Of a DNA stretch of 64,000 nucleotides, positions 37,621-49,003 are shown one piece after another. Below the pieces are notes generated by a model that made no database searches, was not told the origin of the DNA, and worked only from the letters and a program-made list of their open reading frames with translations. The DNA is taken from positions 124,001-188,000 of IMG/VR virus record IMGVR_UViG_3300046005_000547. One strand, written 5' to 3'. The first letter of the stretch is position 1; every line of letters starts with the position of its first letter. Made by a program: the position numbers and the translations under genes.

Positions 37621-37859
37621 TAATACTCTTCCTCGATCTTCTCCGACCTCATCCGAAATTCATTAGAATCATCTTATGTTAAATGTATCGATAAAGACAT
37701 CTTAAAATCAATATACAGATTAATCTTTAAATGACACTTAACAAAAATCAAAAGCAATGGTTTAGATGAACAAAAAAATGTTCATCTAAACTGCTTCGCA
37801 AGGTTTCTGTTAACATTATTATATTAAGATGACCTTTAAATGGAGAATAGAATATACAT

Positions 37860-39275
37860 TAAAGATATTCTATATCAAATAAAAATCCCACTCAGAAATT
37901 TATCTGGTGGGATTTTAAGATTAATATACATTAGAATGATTCTAGTTAAATTTAACATTGATATTTGTTGTTTTAAGACAGATTCATTACATCCTGTAGA
38001 GTTTCTTGTCATATTATACAAAGATTCAATTAAGATGGATTATTGGACAAATAATGGATGTATTATAATACATTTAAAACATCCTATATGAATTTAAACA
38101 TATTAAATGAATCTCTATCGCATTCGATACATTAAATGTGTCTTAAGATGTTCTTGTTAAATTTAACATGGAAATTTGTTGATTTAAGATAGATTTATAA
38201 TATGACATAGAGTTGATTGACATATATTGTTGAAATTCCACTAGAGTGGATTATTGGACAAATTATGATGGAATTAAATGATGTTTAGAATCATATTAAA
38301 TGAAATTAATGATTTATATTATGTCTATAAAGACTCTTGAAGTAATATAATAAACTCTTAAAAACCATTAATAACTCTACCTGAAACATCGACATAGTCT
38401 AGTATACTGTCTTTTCTACCATTTCGAAAGGAGTATTCTTATACTGTAATATACAGACTCGATATCTAGTTTATCGAATGACATCTTAAGACTCTTTTCG
38501 ATACATGATTATTACTCATTCGATGTTAATGTTTAATTCTATACAGTTATTTGTTGATTTAAGGTGGATTCATTATAACCTGTAGAGTTGATTGATGTAT
38601 ATTGGAAAGATTCCATTAAGATGGATTAACGAACAAATAATGGATGTTATCAAAGTTGTATACAATTCATAATCTGTAAATTTAAAACAATAAAAATCCC
38701 ACTCAGAAATTCATCTGGTGGGATTTTAAATTATACTCGACTCCAATAAAATGTATATCGATAATCAGAAACATCTGATGAATCATAAAGATGCCCTCTT
38801 CCGATATACCCCATTACGATTCTATCGTCGAATAATCCATAATATTGATTCTTAAACATATTCATAATAGATCTATAGAGAATGATTACTATTATTTATT
38901 CTGTAGTAATATATTAATGTCTATAAAGAATCTAAGTTAAAAACTAATAACAATAGATACATTAACTGAAACGTCGACATAGTCTAGCATATCCGAGTTT
39001 CTGACATTTCGAAAGGAGTAATTAGACTCTGTAATAATCATATTCGATATGTCTTACATCGAAAGACTATCTTAAGATGTTCTCGATACATGATTACAGT
39101 TTCGATGTTATTGTTTATTATAGACATCCATATTTGGATTTTAAGATGGATTAGAATTATGATGTAGAGTTGATTGACATATTACAAGAAGATTCCATTA
39201 AAATGGATTATTGGACAAATAAAAGATGAATTAAGAATGGTTTGAAATGTTAATTCTGTAAATTTTATCCAATAA
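37860..39275. repeat. Second cluster of the same repeat (2 full + 2 partial units), same orientation
   Basis: TCGACATAGTCTA at 38389, 38974; core block at ~37974, ~38185, ~38560, ~39141; hairpins at 37881, 38693. Confidence 0.92.
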
Positions 39276-39309
39276 AAAGCCGAATGTCCTTTTCAAGACA
39301 TTCGGCTTC
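39276..39309. terminator. Terminator after recQ
   Basis: AAGCCGAATGTC..GACATTCGGCTT. Confidence 0.85.
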
Positions 39310-39311
39310 GA

Positions 39312-40523
39312 TTATCTACAATTGTCGCATTTACCACATTTCTTAAAATTAGGATGTTCATCGAAATACTTCAACAATGACACTCTTCTACATGTATATT
39401 GTTCAGCAAAACTAACCATGGCATCTAATTTATTATTTTCAATACGTTTTTGATCTGGATGGGAATTGGTTTCATTTATCCATCTTCTTAACATAGTAAC
39501 ATCTGATTGAGACCATAATAATAAAGAACTCGCACTTTGTGAACTCCTTCCACCCCTTCCCGAACTCTGATAATATTCTTCAATGGTTTTTGGTAATCCA
39601 ATGTTAATAACAAAATCGATATAAGGGTGGTCAATACCAACTCCAAATGATGCCAATGTAGCAACAATCACTTTATATTGACCGCCGATGAACTTACGTT
39701 GAATATCATTACGTTCTTCTGGTTTAAATCCAGCGTGATATGCAACTGAATTGATTCCATTATCTTGTAGATGTTGATTAATTTCTTCCGTGGATTTTCG
39801 TGACATACAATAAACGATACCATTACTTTGTCTATGATTACGTTTGATGTAATCCAATGTTTGTTTCAATTCAGAACCTTTGGATTTAGTTTTCACTTCA
39901 TAATAGATATTTGGTCTATCAAAACTTGTTACAAATACTTTATCATTTTCCATTTTCAACGTTCTTAAGATATCTGCTTTTACAGCCGAATCCGCCGTTG
40001 CTGTCATTCCCAAAATGGGAACATCAGGGAAATGTTCAGGAATTACATGTAATTTCATATAATCTTCTCTGAATGAATGACCAAATTGTGAAATAGAATG
40101 AACTTCATCAATAGTGAACAATGAAATCTTTAATGTCTTAAGAAAATTGATTGTCCCTCGTTTATTGAGGCGTTCTGGTGAGATATACAATAAATCAATT
40201 TCATTATTTTGTAATGCATATTCAATACGTTCGATTTCATTTGATTTCAATGATGAATTTAAGAACTCTGCTCTGACTCCGCGTTTCTTAAGATTATCCA
40301 CTTGGTCTTGCATCAATGATATTAAAGGGGAAATAACAATACCAACTCCATCCATAACAATAGAGGGGATCTGGAAGCATAAACTTTTGCCAGCACCGGT
40401 TGGGAATAATACTAGAGCATTCTTACCAGATACGACGTGTTCAATGACTTCTCTTTGTAATTGTCTGAAATTCAAGTAACCAAAGTTTTCTTTTAGAGTA
40501 ACTAATAATGGATCTGTTGACAT
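39312..40523 (-). CDS. recQ: RecQ-family helicase (core + Zn domain; no WH/HRDC)
   Basis: PTGAGKSLCFQIP, SPLISLMQDQV, DEVH..GHSFR, TATA, YYQSSGRGGR, CRR..CGKCDNC. Confidence 0.95.
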   Translation of the reverse strand: MSTDPLLVTLKENFGYLNFRQLQREVIEHVVSGKNALVLFPTGAGKSLCFQIPSIVMDGVGIVISPLISLMQDQVDNLKKRGVRAEFLNSSLKSNEIERIEYALQNNEIDLLYISPERLNKRGTINFLKTLKISLFTIDEVHSISQFGHSFREDYMKLHVIPEHFPDVPILGMTATADSAVKADILRTLKMENDKVFVTSFDRPNIYYEVKTKSKGSELKQTLDYIKRNHRQSNGIVYCMSRKSTEEINQHLQDNGINSVAYHAGFKPEERNDIQRKFIGGQYKVIVATLASFGVGIDHPYIDFVINIGLPKTIEEYYQSSGRGGRSSQSASSLLLWSQSDVTMLRRWINETNSHPDQKRIENNKLDAMVSFAEQYTCRRVSLLKYFDEHPNFKKCGKCDNCR

Positions 40524-42971
40524 TTAATACCTTATGTGTTTTAATAATTCATCTAATGAACTATCTACCATGATTTGTCTTTCGACTGAGAGTAGATATC
40601 CGTTCTGGTAATCTTTAATTTGTTTCAATTCATAATTATTTTGTATCAAATAACAATCAATTATATCAGCTCGTTGAATATCATCTGAAGATTCAACGCA
40701 AACTGCTTCATATACATTGAAAGGAAATACATCACATATGAATAATCTATCCTTCCAAATTTTAACTTGTAAAATCATTGTATGAATCCCATTAACGATT
40801 CATACAATTCCTTTTCATGTTTGTCTGGTTTGTAATTCTTCAACAATTCAGATAATCCAGATGTTTTATCTTTTGTGGTTCTTGGTTTCCTTTCTGACAT
40901 CCCAAACATTTCCTTCATTGATGTATAATGTCTATCCGATTCAACCTTATCTTTCATGATAATATCAACGCAATACACTTTGTCGCCATACTCTTCACTA
41001 TTATACCAATTCAACTGGTAATCGGGAATCATCTCTTTGGATAATACATTAAACTCCATACATTTCTTCTTTGAATAAAATGTACATGTGAATCCAGTCA
41101 ATGTTTTCTTGTATCCTCTAACAACTTTATTGGCATTGAATCTATCTGGGCTAAAATAATCAATTAAACATTTATCATATAGAGGATCTGTTGTATCGGA
41201 TAACCATTCATACGTTTTAATGTTTATATGTTTACCAGTCGATACAAATAACGCTCTGGTGGATCCGTCTAATGAATAACCAATATCCTCAAATTTATCT
41301 AAAATGTTAATAATCTTTCTTGTGTGATATAGATAATTGCGTCTATCTTTAAAGTAGAATCTATACCAACTTGATTTAGGATACATGTCAATACAATAAT
41401 CCCTTGCTGATTTATTATACCCTTGTTCCAAATTACAATCATCAAGATATTGATTAACCAATTTCAATGATTGATATAAAACAACAGATTGCATTGGAAG
41501 ATAGTGTCTAAAATGTTCATCTATCTTATCCATAGAAATATTCCAACAAATATCGAATGGAATTATACATAAACCCACCGAAAATAATTAAAATTGTTAA
41601 ATGTATGATAAATTCATTTGTTTTCATTAGAAACTAATCCATCCTGATAATAAATTGACTGGAATTTCTGTATAAGAACTTAAACCATTATCGTATTGTT
41701 TTTCAATTGTATGTCCTTTAGAATCTTCATTCAACATTGTTTCCAAACTTTTAATAACATCTTCCTTGGAATCAGTTGTCCTAAATTTTCCAATAGAACA
41801 ATCGGATGTATCGCAATCAAACCAGAAGAATATAAAATGATTCATATTAGATAATTCTTTATATTCATCATCTTCGTATTCCCAATCATTATATTTAAAA
41901 TCATATTCGGCAAGAATGATACAATCATCATCAAACATTTTTAAATTTGTATGTGAGAATTTTAATTCACCGTCGATGAAACTTTTAATTGCTTCTCGTT
42001 TGGTGTATCGACCTAATGCAGTTTCATCTAATGAATCAATTTCCCAATCAAGATTAGTGTATCTATCTAATGCATACCATTTAATTGGTTTAACATAATT
42101 GATGAATGCATTTAAAATATCACTTGAAACATAATTCCACATTTCGTTAATTGGTAACGGATTGTGGATAATATCACTCGGATAATCAATATGTTCTTCA
42201 AAATATTTGTTGAAAAAATCCGTCATTTTGTAATTTCCTGTTTAAAATCAATAAGATGTTGGATGAATTCATTTAATTTATATACTGGGAATTCAATATC
42301 ATGTGAATTTTCCATGAATGTAATTGTTTTATCCGACGCGGTATAAAACAATTCAACGGGTTCATAATCCTTTGTTCCATTAAACAATAACAATCGAATA
42401 TCCGTTAATTGGTTTGAATGGATAAAATTGTCAACTAGAATACCAATTACGTTATCAATTTGTTCTAATGGTATATAGATTCTATCGATGTAATTCTTAA
42501 ACAACCAACTCCATTTACGTAATTTTAAATCATTATAACCAAATGATTCACTAATGTAAATTCTATCTAAATTATCGAATTCATGAAATAAAATTCTCAT
42601 GGACGTTCCCTCAATGTATCTTTGAACAATTTATCACCAAGATATACATTCGAGAATCCTACATGTTCTTCATCAGAAGAAGCGTCATCCATCCATAAAT
42701 TACCATCACCGTAATAATTTTGAAATTTTGGTTCTTTAGTGAATAACCAGATAGTTGGACCTTTACCTTTTACGTAAATATCAACGGCGGAGTATTGATA
42801 TTCAGGATCTATTCCTTCCCATAATTCTTCATCTGAAATATCAAAGTAATTTACTCTAAGATTACCATATACATCTCTCATCTTCAGATAATCGTTACAG
42901 AATTTAAAGATTTCAACATCTGTATATTGTTCTTTCTTCAACAACGATTCAATTTGCCCTTCTAATACCAT
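40524..42971 (-). CDS. Run of hypothetical genes (40524-40778, 40775-41578, 41627-42226, 42223-42600, 42597-42971)
   Basis: ATGA-coupled minus-strand ORFs; no recognisable motifs. Confidence 0.65.
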
Positions 42972-43058
42972 GATATAATCCTCTAATTAAAAACAACATT
43001 ATAACCTAATCAATACATCTTTAAAACTTATTTGTTAGATATCTTCTTACACTTTACA

Positions 43059-43607
43059 TTATAAAATCAATCGAAGATATTCATCCACTTTATTATCTGA
43101 TTCATCAAATTGGTAGATAGACGGTTCTGGTACATCGAAATCTGTACAACCAACCACTTTTAAGAACACCGTACGATTTGGATGATACCTCCAATACTTT
43201 CTAATATCAGATCCATGTGTTTGATATTCATACACATTACCATCAAAATCCAATAGACATTCTAAGGCAGAAGCCGCTCCAGCGGATCTTGAGATACCAG
43301 CGGAACAATGGACGGCAAATCGTTTATCTTTGTTGTTAAAAATGAATCGTCTAATTGTCCTGGAGATTTCATCTGATATAATCTTGTCAGATCCATTATC
43401 CTTTGTTATATCCCAGAATTGAACATTTAAACATTCTGAATATTGTTGTCTGATTGATTCATCAATGTAATCAGTTCCAGGTTCTGTGATTGAAATCAAT
43501 ACAGAGTTCTCTTTGTCTTCTACTTGTACATGTTCGATTTCGTTCTTACCGACGATGGCAATAATTCTATCTGTGACAATAGAAGGTAATGTAGGATGTA
43601 TTTTCAT
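43059..43607 (-). CDS. Protein-tyrosine/dual-specificity phosphatase-like protein
   Basis: VHCSAGISRS (CX5R). Confidence 0.85.
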   Translation of the reverse strand: MKIHPTLPSIVTDRIIAIVGKNEIEHVQVEDKENSVLISITEPGTDYIDESIRQQYSECLNVQFWDITKDNGSDKIISDEISRTIRRFIFNNKDKRFAVHCSAGISRSAGAASALECLLDFDGNVYEYQTHGSDIRKYWRYHPNRTVFLKVVGCTDFDVPEPSIYQFDESDNKVDEYLRLIL

Positions 43608-43759
43608 GTATTAAAAATCCATAATGTGGATAATAAGATTACTCCGTAAATCAACGGATAATTTAGTTCTAACGGTTGTACAACCCGTTTCTTCTGATTT
43701 CTAGTTGGTGGTATACCAAGAAGGATAAATTGTATTCTTATTGAATTTAACTTTACTTG

Positions 43760-44434
43760 TCATTTTCTATTCCTAAAACTTTGTTTAATATCAAATCCAT
43801 GACCAACAATCTTATCTTTATCAGAGATTTCAACTGGTGGTAAGATATCCGCATTTTCAACCATAACATTACTGATGAATTGTGATATTTCCTGATAGAT
43901 TTGTTCTGGTGAATATAATCGACCAATACCAAGTTCGCCTAAATTTACAGTCCAATAATCAGAATCTAATAATGTCCTGTTATTATAAAACATGAATACG
44001 GGAACATTCAACATTTTATGTAATTCAATTAGATAATCTTTAGGTTGGTGTCTTCCGATACAATCATCATATAATGGATCTCTATCATATTTACTTTGTT
44101 TCCATCCCATTTCGCGATAATCTTGTATGGTAATTAGATGAAATTTATCATTTTTATCATATACATTTTTCACTATTGTATGTAATCTACCACAAATCGA
44201 AACGTAATAAATTTCATATTCGTATTCTTTATATCTAGAATGGAACATTCGCTTGTCACCAACATATCTATTATGTCGTTCTGCGTCAGGGATTGTATAT
44301 TCCATTTTCTCTATTCGACGATGTTGTTCTTTGGTTAATTGTCTACATGCTCGCTTGAAGATAACTTTCTCATCAACTCCGTACAAATATGAGATATGGT
44401 CGTAGTAATCTTTAAATTTAGAAATAATTAACAT
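43760..44434 (-). CDS. Conserved phage hypothetical
   Basis: MLIISKFKDYYD..DKDKIVGHGFDIKQSFR; AGAGGA RBS before 44434. Confidence 0.7.
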   Translation of the reverse strand: MLIISKFKDYYDHISYLYGVDEKVIFKRACRQLTKEQHRRIEKMEYTIPDAERHNRYVGDKRMFHSRYKEYEYEIYYVSICGRLHTIVKNVYDKNDKFHLITIQDYREMGWKQSKYDRDPLYDDCIGRHQPKDYLIELHKMLNVPVFMFYNNRTLLDSDYWTVNLGELGIGRLYSPEQIYQEISQFISNVMVENADILPPVEISDKDKIVGHGFDIKQSFRNRK

Positions 44435-44687
44435 CTTCATTCCTCTGTAATATAAAACGTTTCTTTTTAAAAATGTCAATCTCTACAATCCGACCATCTA
44501 ACAAATCGTTAAATGCTTTGATGTATTCGGATTTGTACGGTTCATTATAACTTGAAATTGGATTTATTAAAAATAAATTTTCAATTTCGTTGTATGTTGG
44601 TTTGTCGTTGTATTCTCTGACTATATGTTTAATACCATCAGAATCCACTTTATACAACAACCATTTAAAATTTGACTTGTATATCAT
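44418..44687 (-). CDS. Hypothetical protein
   Basis: ORF overlapping next gene. Confidence 0.55.
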   Translation of the reverse strand: MIYKSNFKWLLYKVDSDGIKHIVREYNDKPTYNEIENLFLINPISSYNEPYKSEYIKAFNDLLDGRIVEIDIFKKKRFILQRNEDVNYF

Positions 44688-44771
44688 ATTCTAGAACTCA
44701 CATAAAAAAACAATTAAATAATTATATGATGTTTGAGAGAACTAATCAATTTAATTTTATAGGATGACAAA

Positions 44772-44951
44772 ATGTTAACAACACTAGGTGAAATAGAAGA
44801 ATCGTTATTGGAAAAAGAAATTATCGAAAATGAGAATGGTAATGAGATTTCTAAAGTTACGATTTATAAATTTGAAGGTGAAATTGTAAAACGCGATGTT
44901 GATTTAATTATCAAACCAATTACATCTTCTTCAGAAATCGGTAAATTTTAA
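44772..44951 (+). CDS. Small hypothetical protein (59 aa), first of late cassette
   Basis: Own translation MLTTLGEIEESLLEK..EIVKRDV; AGGA RBS; TTAAATA upstream. Confidence 0.6.
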   Translation: MLTTLGEIEESLLEKEIIENENGNEISKVTIYKFEGEIVKRDVDLIIKPITSSSEIGKF

Positions 44952-44989
44952 TTTACCACATTTAACAATTATCAAAAAGGAAAATTCAT

Positions 44990-45448
44990 ATGGCCAACGT
45001 ACAATCAATGTGCACTTCATTTAAACAAGATTTAATGAACGGATTACATGCATTCGGAACATCTGTTGTTAGAGGTACAACAACTCCAGATACATTTAAA
45101 GCTGCGTTGTATCTAGCGTCAGCGTCTTTGGGTGCAGGGACAACTGCTTATTCGACAACTGGTGAAGTTTCTGGTACAGGATACACTGCTGGTGGTGTTG
45201 CTGTCACATTCGGAACTGCTCCTGCTACAGCAAATGGTACTGCTTATGTCACCCCATCTGCTTCTATTGTATTCAGTGGTGTTACATTATCTACAGCGTT
45301 TGATGCTGTGTTAATTTATAATAATACATCAACTGGTAAAAATGCGGTATCTGTTCACACGTTTGGTAGTCAAATTGTGACGGCTGGAACATTCACTTTG
45401 ACTATGCCAGTAAATAATGACACCACTGGTTTAATTAGATTGTCTTAA
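44990..45448 (+). CDS. Putative virion structural protein
   Basis: SFKQDLM..FKAALY..TTAYSTTGEVSGTGYTAGG..LIYN..GTFT. Confidence 0.7.
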   Translation: MANVQSMCTSFKQDLMNGLHAFGTSVVRGTTTPDTFKAALYLASASLGAGTTAYSTTGEVSGTGYTAGGVAVTFGTAPATANGTAYVTPSASIVFSGVTLSTAFDAVLIYNNTSTGKNAVSVHTFGSQIVTAGTFTLTMPVNNDTTGLIRLS

Positions 45449-45497
45449 TATGAATGAGGAATTTTTTTAATTCCTCATTTATCACAAGGAGAAGAAT

Positions 45498-45908
45498 ATG
45501 TCATTATTGACTGAAATACAAAATGTAGGTTTATCGGATGATGCTGCGATTGTGGAGTATTTCAACACGCCGTCAGTTGCCGCAAAGGGTAGCATTGAAA
45601 CCAAGTTAATCAAGCAGTATTTGATTCTTAGAGATTTGAGAGTTGCAATTAAAAACGGCACAAGTGTAGCGTGCCAGCAAGTGAATTTATCACTCGATGA
45701 TTTTGAAACGTTTGATTGTTCTAATCCAATGATTTTAGCGAAATTGAGTCAAGTGTTAGATGATTTGATTGCGGATAATTTAGTTCCTGCATTCGTTCAA
45801 GCTGATAAAGATTATATTTTATCTATGGCTGACACATTGATTACACCTGCACAGTCACTGGGTTTAACTGTGAATTTTGAAACCGTCAACACTGCTTTGA
45901 GAGGTTAG
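45498..45908 (+). CDS. Hypothetical protein in virion cassette
   Basis: AAGGAG RBS. Confidence 0.7.
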   Translation: MSLLTEIQNVGLSDDAAIVEYFNTPSVAAKGSIETKLIKQYLILRDLRVAIKNGTSVACQQVNLSLDDFETFDCSNPMILAKLSQVLDDLIADNLVPAFVQADKDYILSMADTLITPAQSLGLTVNFETVNTALRG

Positions 45909-45911
45909 AAA

Positions 45912-46373
45912 ATGGGAACAATGAAATCGGAGCAATCTGCACCCGTACCACTAACAGCAACAGGTTTAGCCACTTTAGCGGCTGCAACGTATTGTGTGTC
46001 GGACACCAAAACCAATACAACTAACCAACCGTATGACGTGATTTTAAATGTCAACGTTAAATGTGCAACAGGCGGTACGCTTGCAAATCGTCAAGTCGTC
46101 GTGTTTGGTCAAGCAAGTTTGGATGGTACGACGTGGCAAACAGGCGCAACAAGCGGCACATCAACGGTTAATGAAGGTGACTTAACGTTTTTAGGAACAG
46201 TATCGGTTGCTGAACAAAACGTTAGCCACATTAGAAATTTTAGTGTATTGCAAGCGTTTGGCTTCGTCCCTGCTCATGTGCGATTTGTGATTAAAAATGA
46301 CATCGGTACAGGTACCTTGCCGCTTGTGGAAGGCACATTATCAACGTCTGAAATCACAATGACGTATGCCTAG
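45912..46373 (+). CDS. Putative virion beta-sandwich protein
   Basis: T/G/A-rich; ASLDGTTW. Confidence 0.6.
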   Translation: MGTMKSEQSAPVPLTATGLATLAAATYCVSDTKTNTTNQPYDVILNVNVKCATGGTLANRQVVVFGQASLDGTTWQTGATSGTSTVNEGDLTFLGTVSVAEQNVSHIRNFSVLQAFGFVPAHVRFVIKNDIGTGTLPLVEGTLSTSEITMTYA

Positions 46374-48651
46374 CGTTAGCCAGCGAACTGTCCGTACCAC
46401 ACAACCGCAAACCGCAGTCGGAATTGATTGGTCAAATCCGATAACACGCGGTTTAGTTGCGTGTCTTGATGCGAATAGACGGGTATTGATAAACGGTAGT
46501 GAAACCCGACCGCTAACGCTAACTAATCCCGTCCGTCGTGCGTCACAACAAGAATATGGCTCGACGACATATCAAGGAACAATGCAAGCAATTAAAGCAC
46601 CGCCTGCTGCGTCGTCAAACGTTACCATGTTGTCGCTTTTCATTCCATCGACCGAAGTTGCAGAAAGAACTTACGGACAGTTAGGGCAAACCGCATCGGG
46701 TAATATGTTTTCTGTTGCGTCTGGGGACGGCACAACGGCTGGTGTTGTTAGGTTTAAAATTTATCTTGGTAGTACGCGAATAATTGGCGCATCGCAAGCT
46801 AATGCAGGTGTACCGAACCTTGCTATCGCACGTCATATCAATGGACAGTCGCAGAATTTGTGGTTGAACGGTGTAAAAGATACCTCAGGTGGTGCATTTA
46901 CAGGCAATAGTGTTGGTTTTGGGTATTACGGATTTAATCATAGTAGCGGTACAGGCGCGTCTATTCTTAACGCTGTTTGGAATCGCGCATTAACTGATAC
47001 TGAAATCAAATCGTTATCTGAAAATCCTTGGCAAATTTTCGTGCCTGAACGTCGTATTGTTGCGTTTGATGCGGCTGTTGTTAGTGGGGTGATTGATTTA
47101 CCTATTTTTGGTGTAGAAATAGATTCTAATGTTGAATCCCCAATTATTTCAACATTAGAATCCCCAATTAATTCTGTATTGAGCGTATGTTCTGCAGAAA
47201 ATGTAATACATTCATCTTTTAATGATTTATCCAATACTCAATCGATTTCATTTATTGGTATTCCAAATGTAATTGGTTCATTTAATTTATCTTCGATTGG
47301 TTTGACCGGTGGTGTAGGGAATGTATCTGTTTCCGTAAATGAATCGTCTTCGATAGAATTATCAGGGATCTCATCAGGATTCGGAGATGGATTCGTTACA
47401 AAATTGATAAATGTGTCGTTGAATGGATTATCTTCTAATGTTGGAATTGGTGATATTTTTAAAAATGTACAGAAATCTATCACCAATATACAATCTAATG
47501 GATTATTAAATTCATTTAATGTATTAAATGATGGTTTCGTAATAGGTTCATCAGCGAATGTATATATTGGATTAACATCAAGTCTAATAAATAAACAAAT
47601 TTCTGATGTAAATTCTATTTCTGATGTAAATGATTTGTTGAATACAAGAAGTAATTTATTGAATGGGATATCGTTAAATTCGAGTTCTGGAACCATGAGT
47701 AACGGATCGCTGAAAATTATTCAATCTTTATATTCAAACGTTTCATTAGGTAATATCGCAAACGATACAAATAAAATTATTGTTGGTAATAATTCAACAC
47801 ACAACGTTGGAATTTTACAAATTTTAGCAGCCAATGATATATCTTCAACAATTTCCTCTGTAATGGGATTATTGAATTTAGGATTATTGCCGTCATCTAG
47901 TTCTTCTGTTGTATCATTGACAAATAATGCATCTATTTTAAATTTTGGAATTATTAATAAATCTATATCAAGAAACGTATTATCAAATAATGTAAATGTT
48001 TATTCTGGTAATCTAGATAAATCGTTTAACAAAATTGTTAATGGAATTTTGATTAGTTCTAATGTAAATGGATTATCTTCTAAATTCGAAAAACAAATTA
48101 TACAAAACGTATCTTCTGTTTTAATCAATGGATTAAATGTTTCTTCAAATTTTGATATATCTTCGAATTTGATTACAAATAATCTATCATTTTTAGGTAA
48201 GAATGTAACTAAAATTATTCAACAAAATTCTATAAACGGATATGTTAATACGATGTATCCAGAATTGTTGGGATATTTTCAAGAATTAGTTGGTATATCC
48301 TCATCATTATATCAAGGAAATTTCAATAAAAATACCTCAAAAATGATTGATTCAATTTCTGGGTATTCTGAATTAGGGTTTATTGATGTGAATCTATTGT
48401 TTGGTTTGACGTCAGACAATATAAATGTATCGTTGAATGATTTAGATGATTTGTTTCGAGATAATGTTTTGTTACCAATTCTATTGAATTCTGAAATAGA
48501 TGGAATGTATACGTCTAAACAATTTTTGAAAATCTTGGCAACCGTCATTTATTTCAATTCCATAAAAGATAGTAAATTGAATTTCAACACAATAACAGAT
48601 ATTAATAGATTAAATTTTAATACCATAATAGACAAAAAGGGGAAATTTTAA
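46366..48651 (+). CDS. Fibre-like protein with LamG/ConA-like N-terminal domain and S/N/I-rich stalk
   Basis: LWLNG..AVWNRALTDTEI (LamG-like end motif). Confidence 0.65.
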   Translation: MPSVSQRTVRTTQPQTAVGIDWSNPITRGLVACLDANRRVLINGSETRPLTLTNPVRRASQQEYGSTTYQGTMQAIKAPPAASSNVTMLSLFIPSTEVAERTYGQLGQTASGNMFSVASGDGTTAGVVRFKIYLGSTRIIGASQANAGVPNLAIARHINGQSQNLWLNGVKDTSGGAFTGNSVGFGYYGFNHSSGTGASILNAVWNRALTDTEIKSLSENPWQIFVPERRIVAFDAAVVSGVIDLPIFGVEIDSNVESPIISTLESPINSVLSVCSAENVIHSSFNDLSNTQSISFIGIPNVIGSFNLSSIGLTGGVGNVSVSVNESSSIELSGISSGFGDGFVTKLINVSLNGLSSNVGIGDIFKNVQKSITNIQSNGLLNSFNVLNDGFVIGSSANVYIGLTSSLINKQISDVNSISDVNDLLNTRSNLLNGISLNSSSGTMSNGSLKIIQSLYSNVSLGNIANDTNKIIVGNNSTHNVGILQILAANDISSTISSVMGLLNLGLLPSSSSSVVSLTNNASILNFGIINKSISRNVLSNNVNVYSGNLDKSFNKIVNGILISSNVNGLSSKFEKQIIQNVSSVLINGLNVSSNFDISSNLITNNLSFLGKNVTKIIQQNSINGYVNTMYPELLGYFQELVGISSSLYQGNFNKNTSKMIDSISGYSELGFIDVNLLFGLTSDNINVSLNDLDDLFRDNVLLPILLNSEIDGMYTSKQFLKILATVIYFNSIKDSKLNFNTITDINRLNFNTIIDKKGKF

Positions 48652-48959
48652 TGGCAAACTTTGTCGAAGGAGATACAGAATCCGCGTTACGCGTCACTTG
48701 TATGGACAATAATAATTCTTCCATAATAAACCTTAATGGAACTTCTGTTAAGATACGTTGGAAGAATAAATCGAATGTTATTAAATTGAAAGAAATGACG
48801 ATAATTGATGCACCTAAGGGTGTCGTTCAATATCAATTTGATGTTGGTGAATTAGAACCACCAGAAATGTATTTTGATATTATAATAACAAATCTTTCTT
48901 CTGGAAGAACCGTCACATGCGAAAATGTAGTGAAGATTATTGTAAGACATCATATTTGA
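48651..48959 (+). CDS. BppU-N-like Ig-fold adaptor protein
   Basis: GDT..INLNGTSV..IIDAPKGVVQYQF. Confidence 0.6.
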   Translation: MANFVEGDTESALRVTCMDNNNSSIINLNGTSVKIRWKNKSNVIKLKEMTIIDAPKGVVQYQFDVGELEPPEMYFDIIITNLSSGRTVTCENVVKIIVRHHI

Positions 48960-48969
48960 ATCCAATAAA

Positions 48970-49003
48970 GAATCCCGTAAGACTAATCATCTTATGGGAT
49001 TCT
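48970..49003. terminator. Bidirectional terminator
   Basis: GAATCCCGTAAGA..TCTTATGGGATTC, near copy of 18841. Confidence 0.82.

Noticed and set aside
36973-38091. ORFs 36973-37200 (-) and 37840-38091 (+), also 16835-17065 (-)
   Set aside because: Low-complexity translations of ncRNA leader or repeat DNA, two crossing terminators; no convincing RBS
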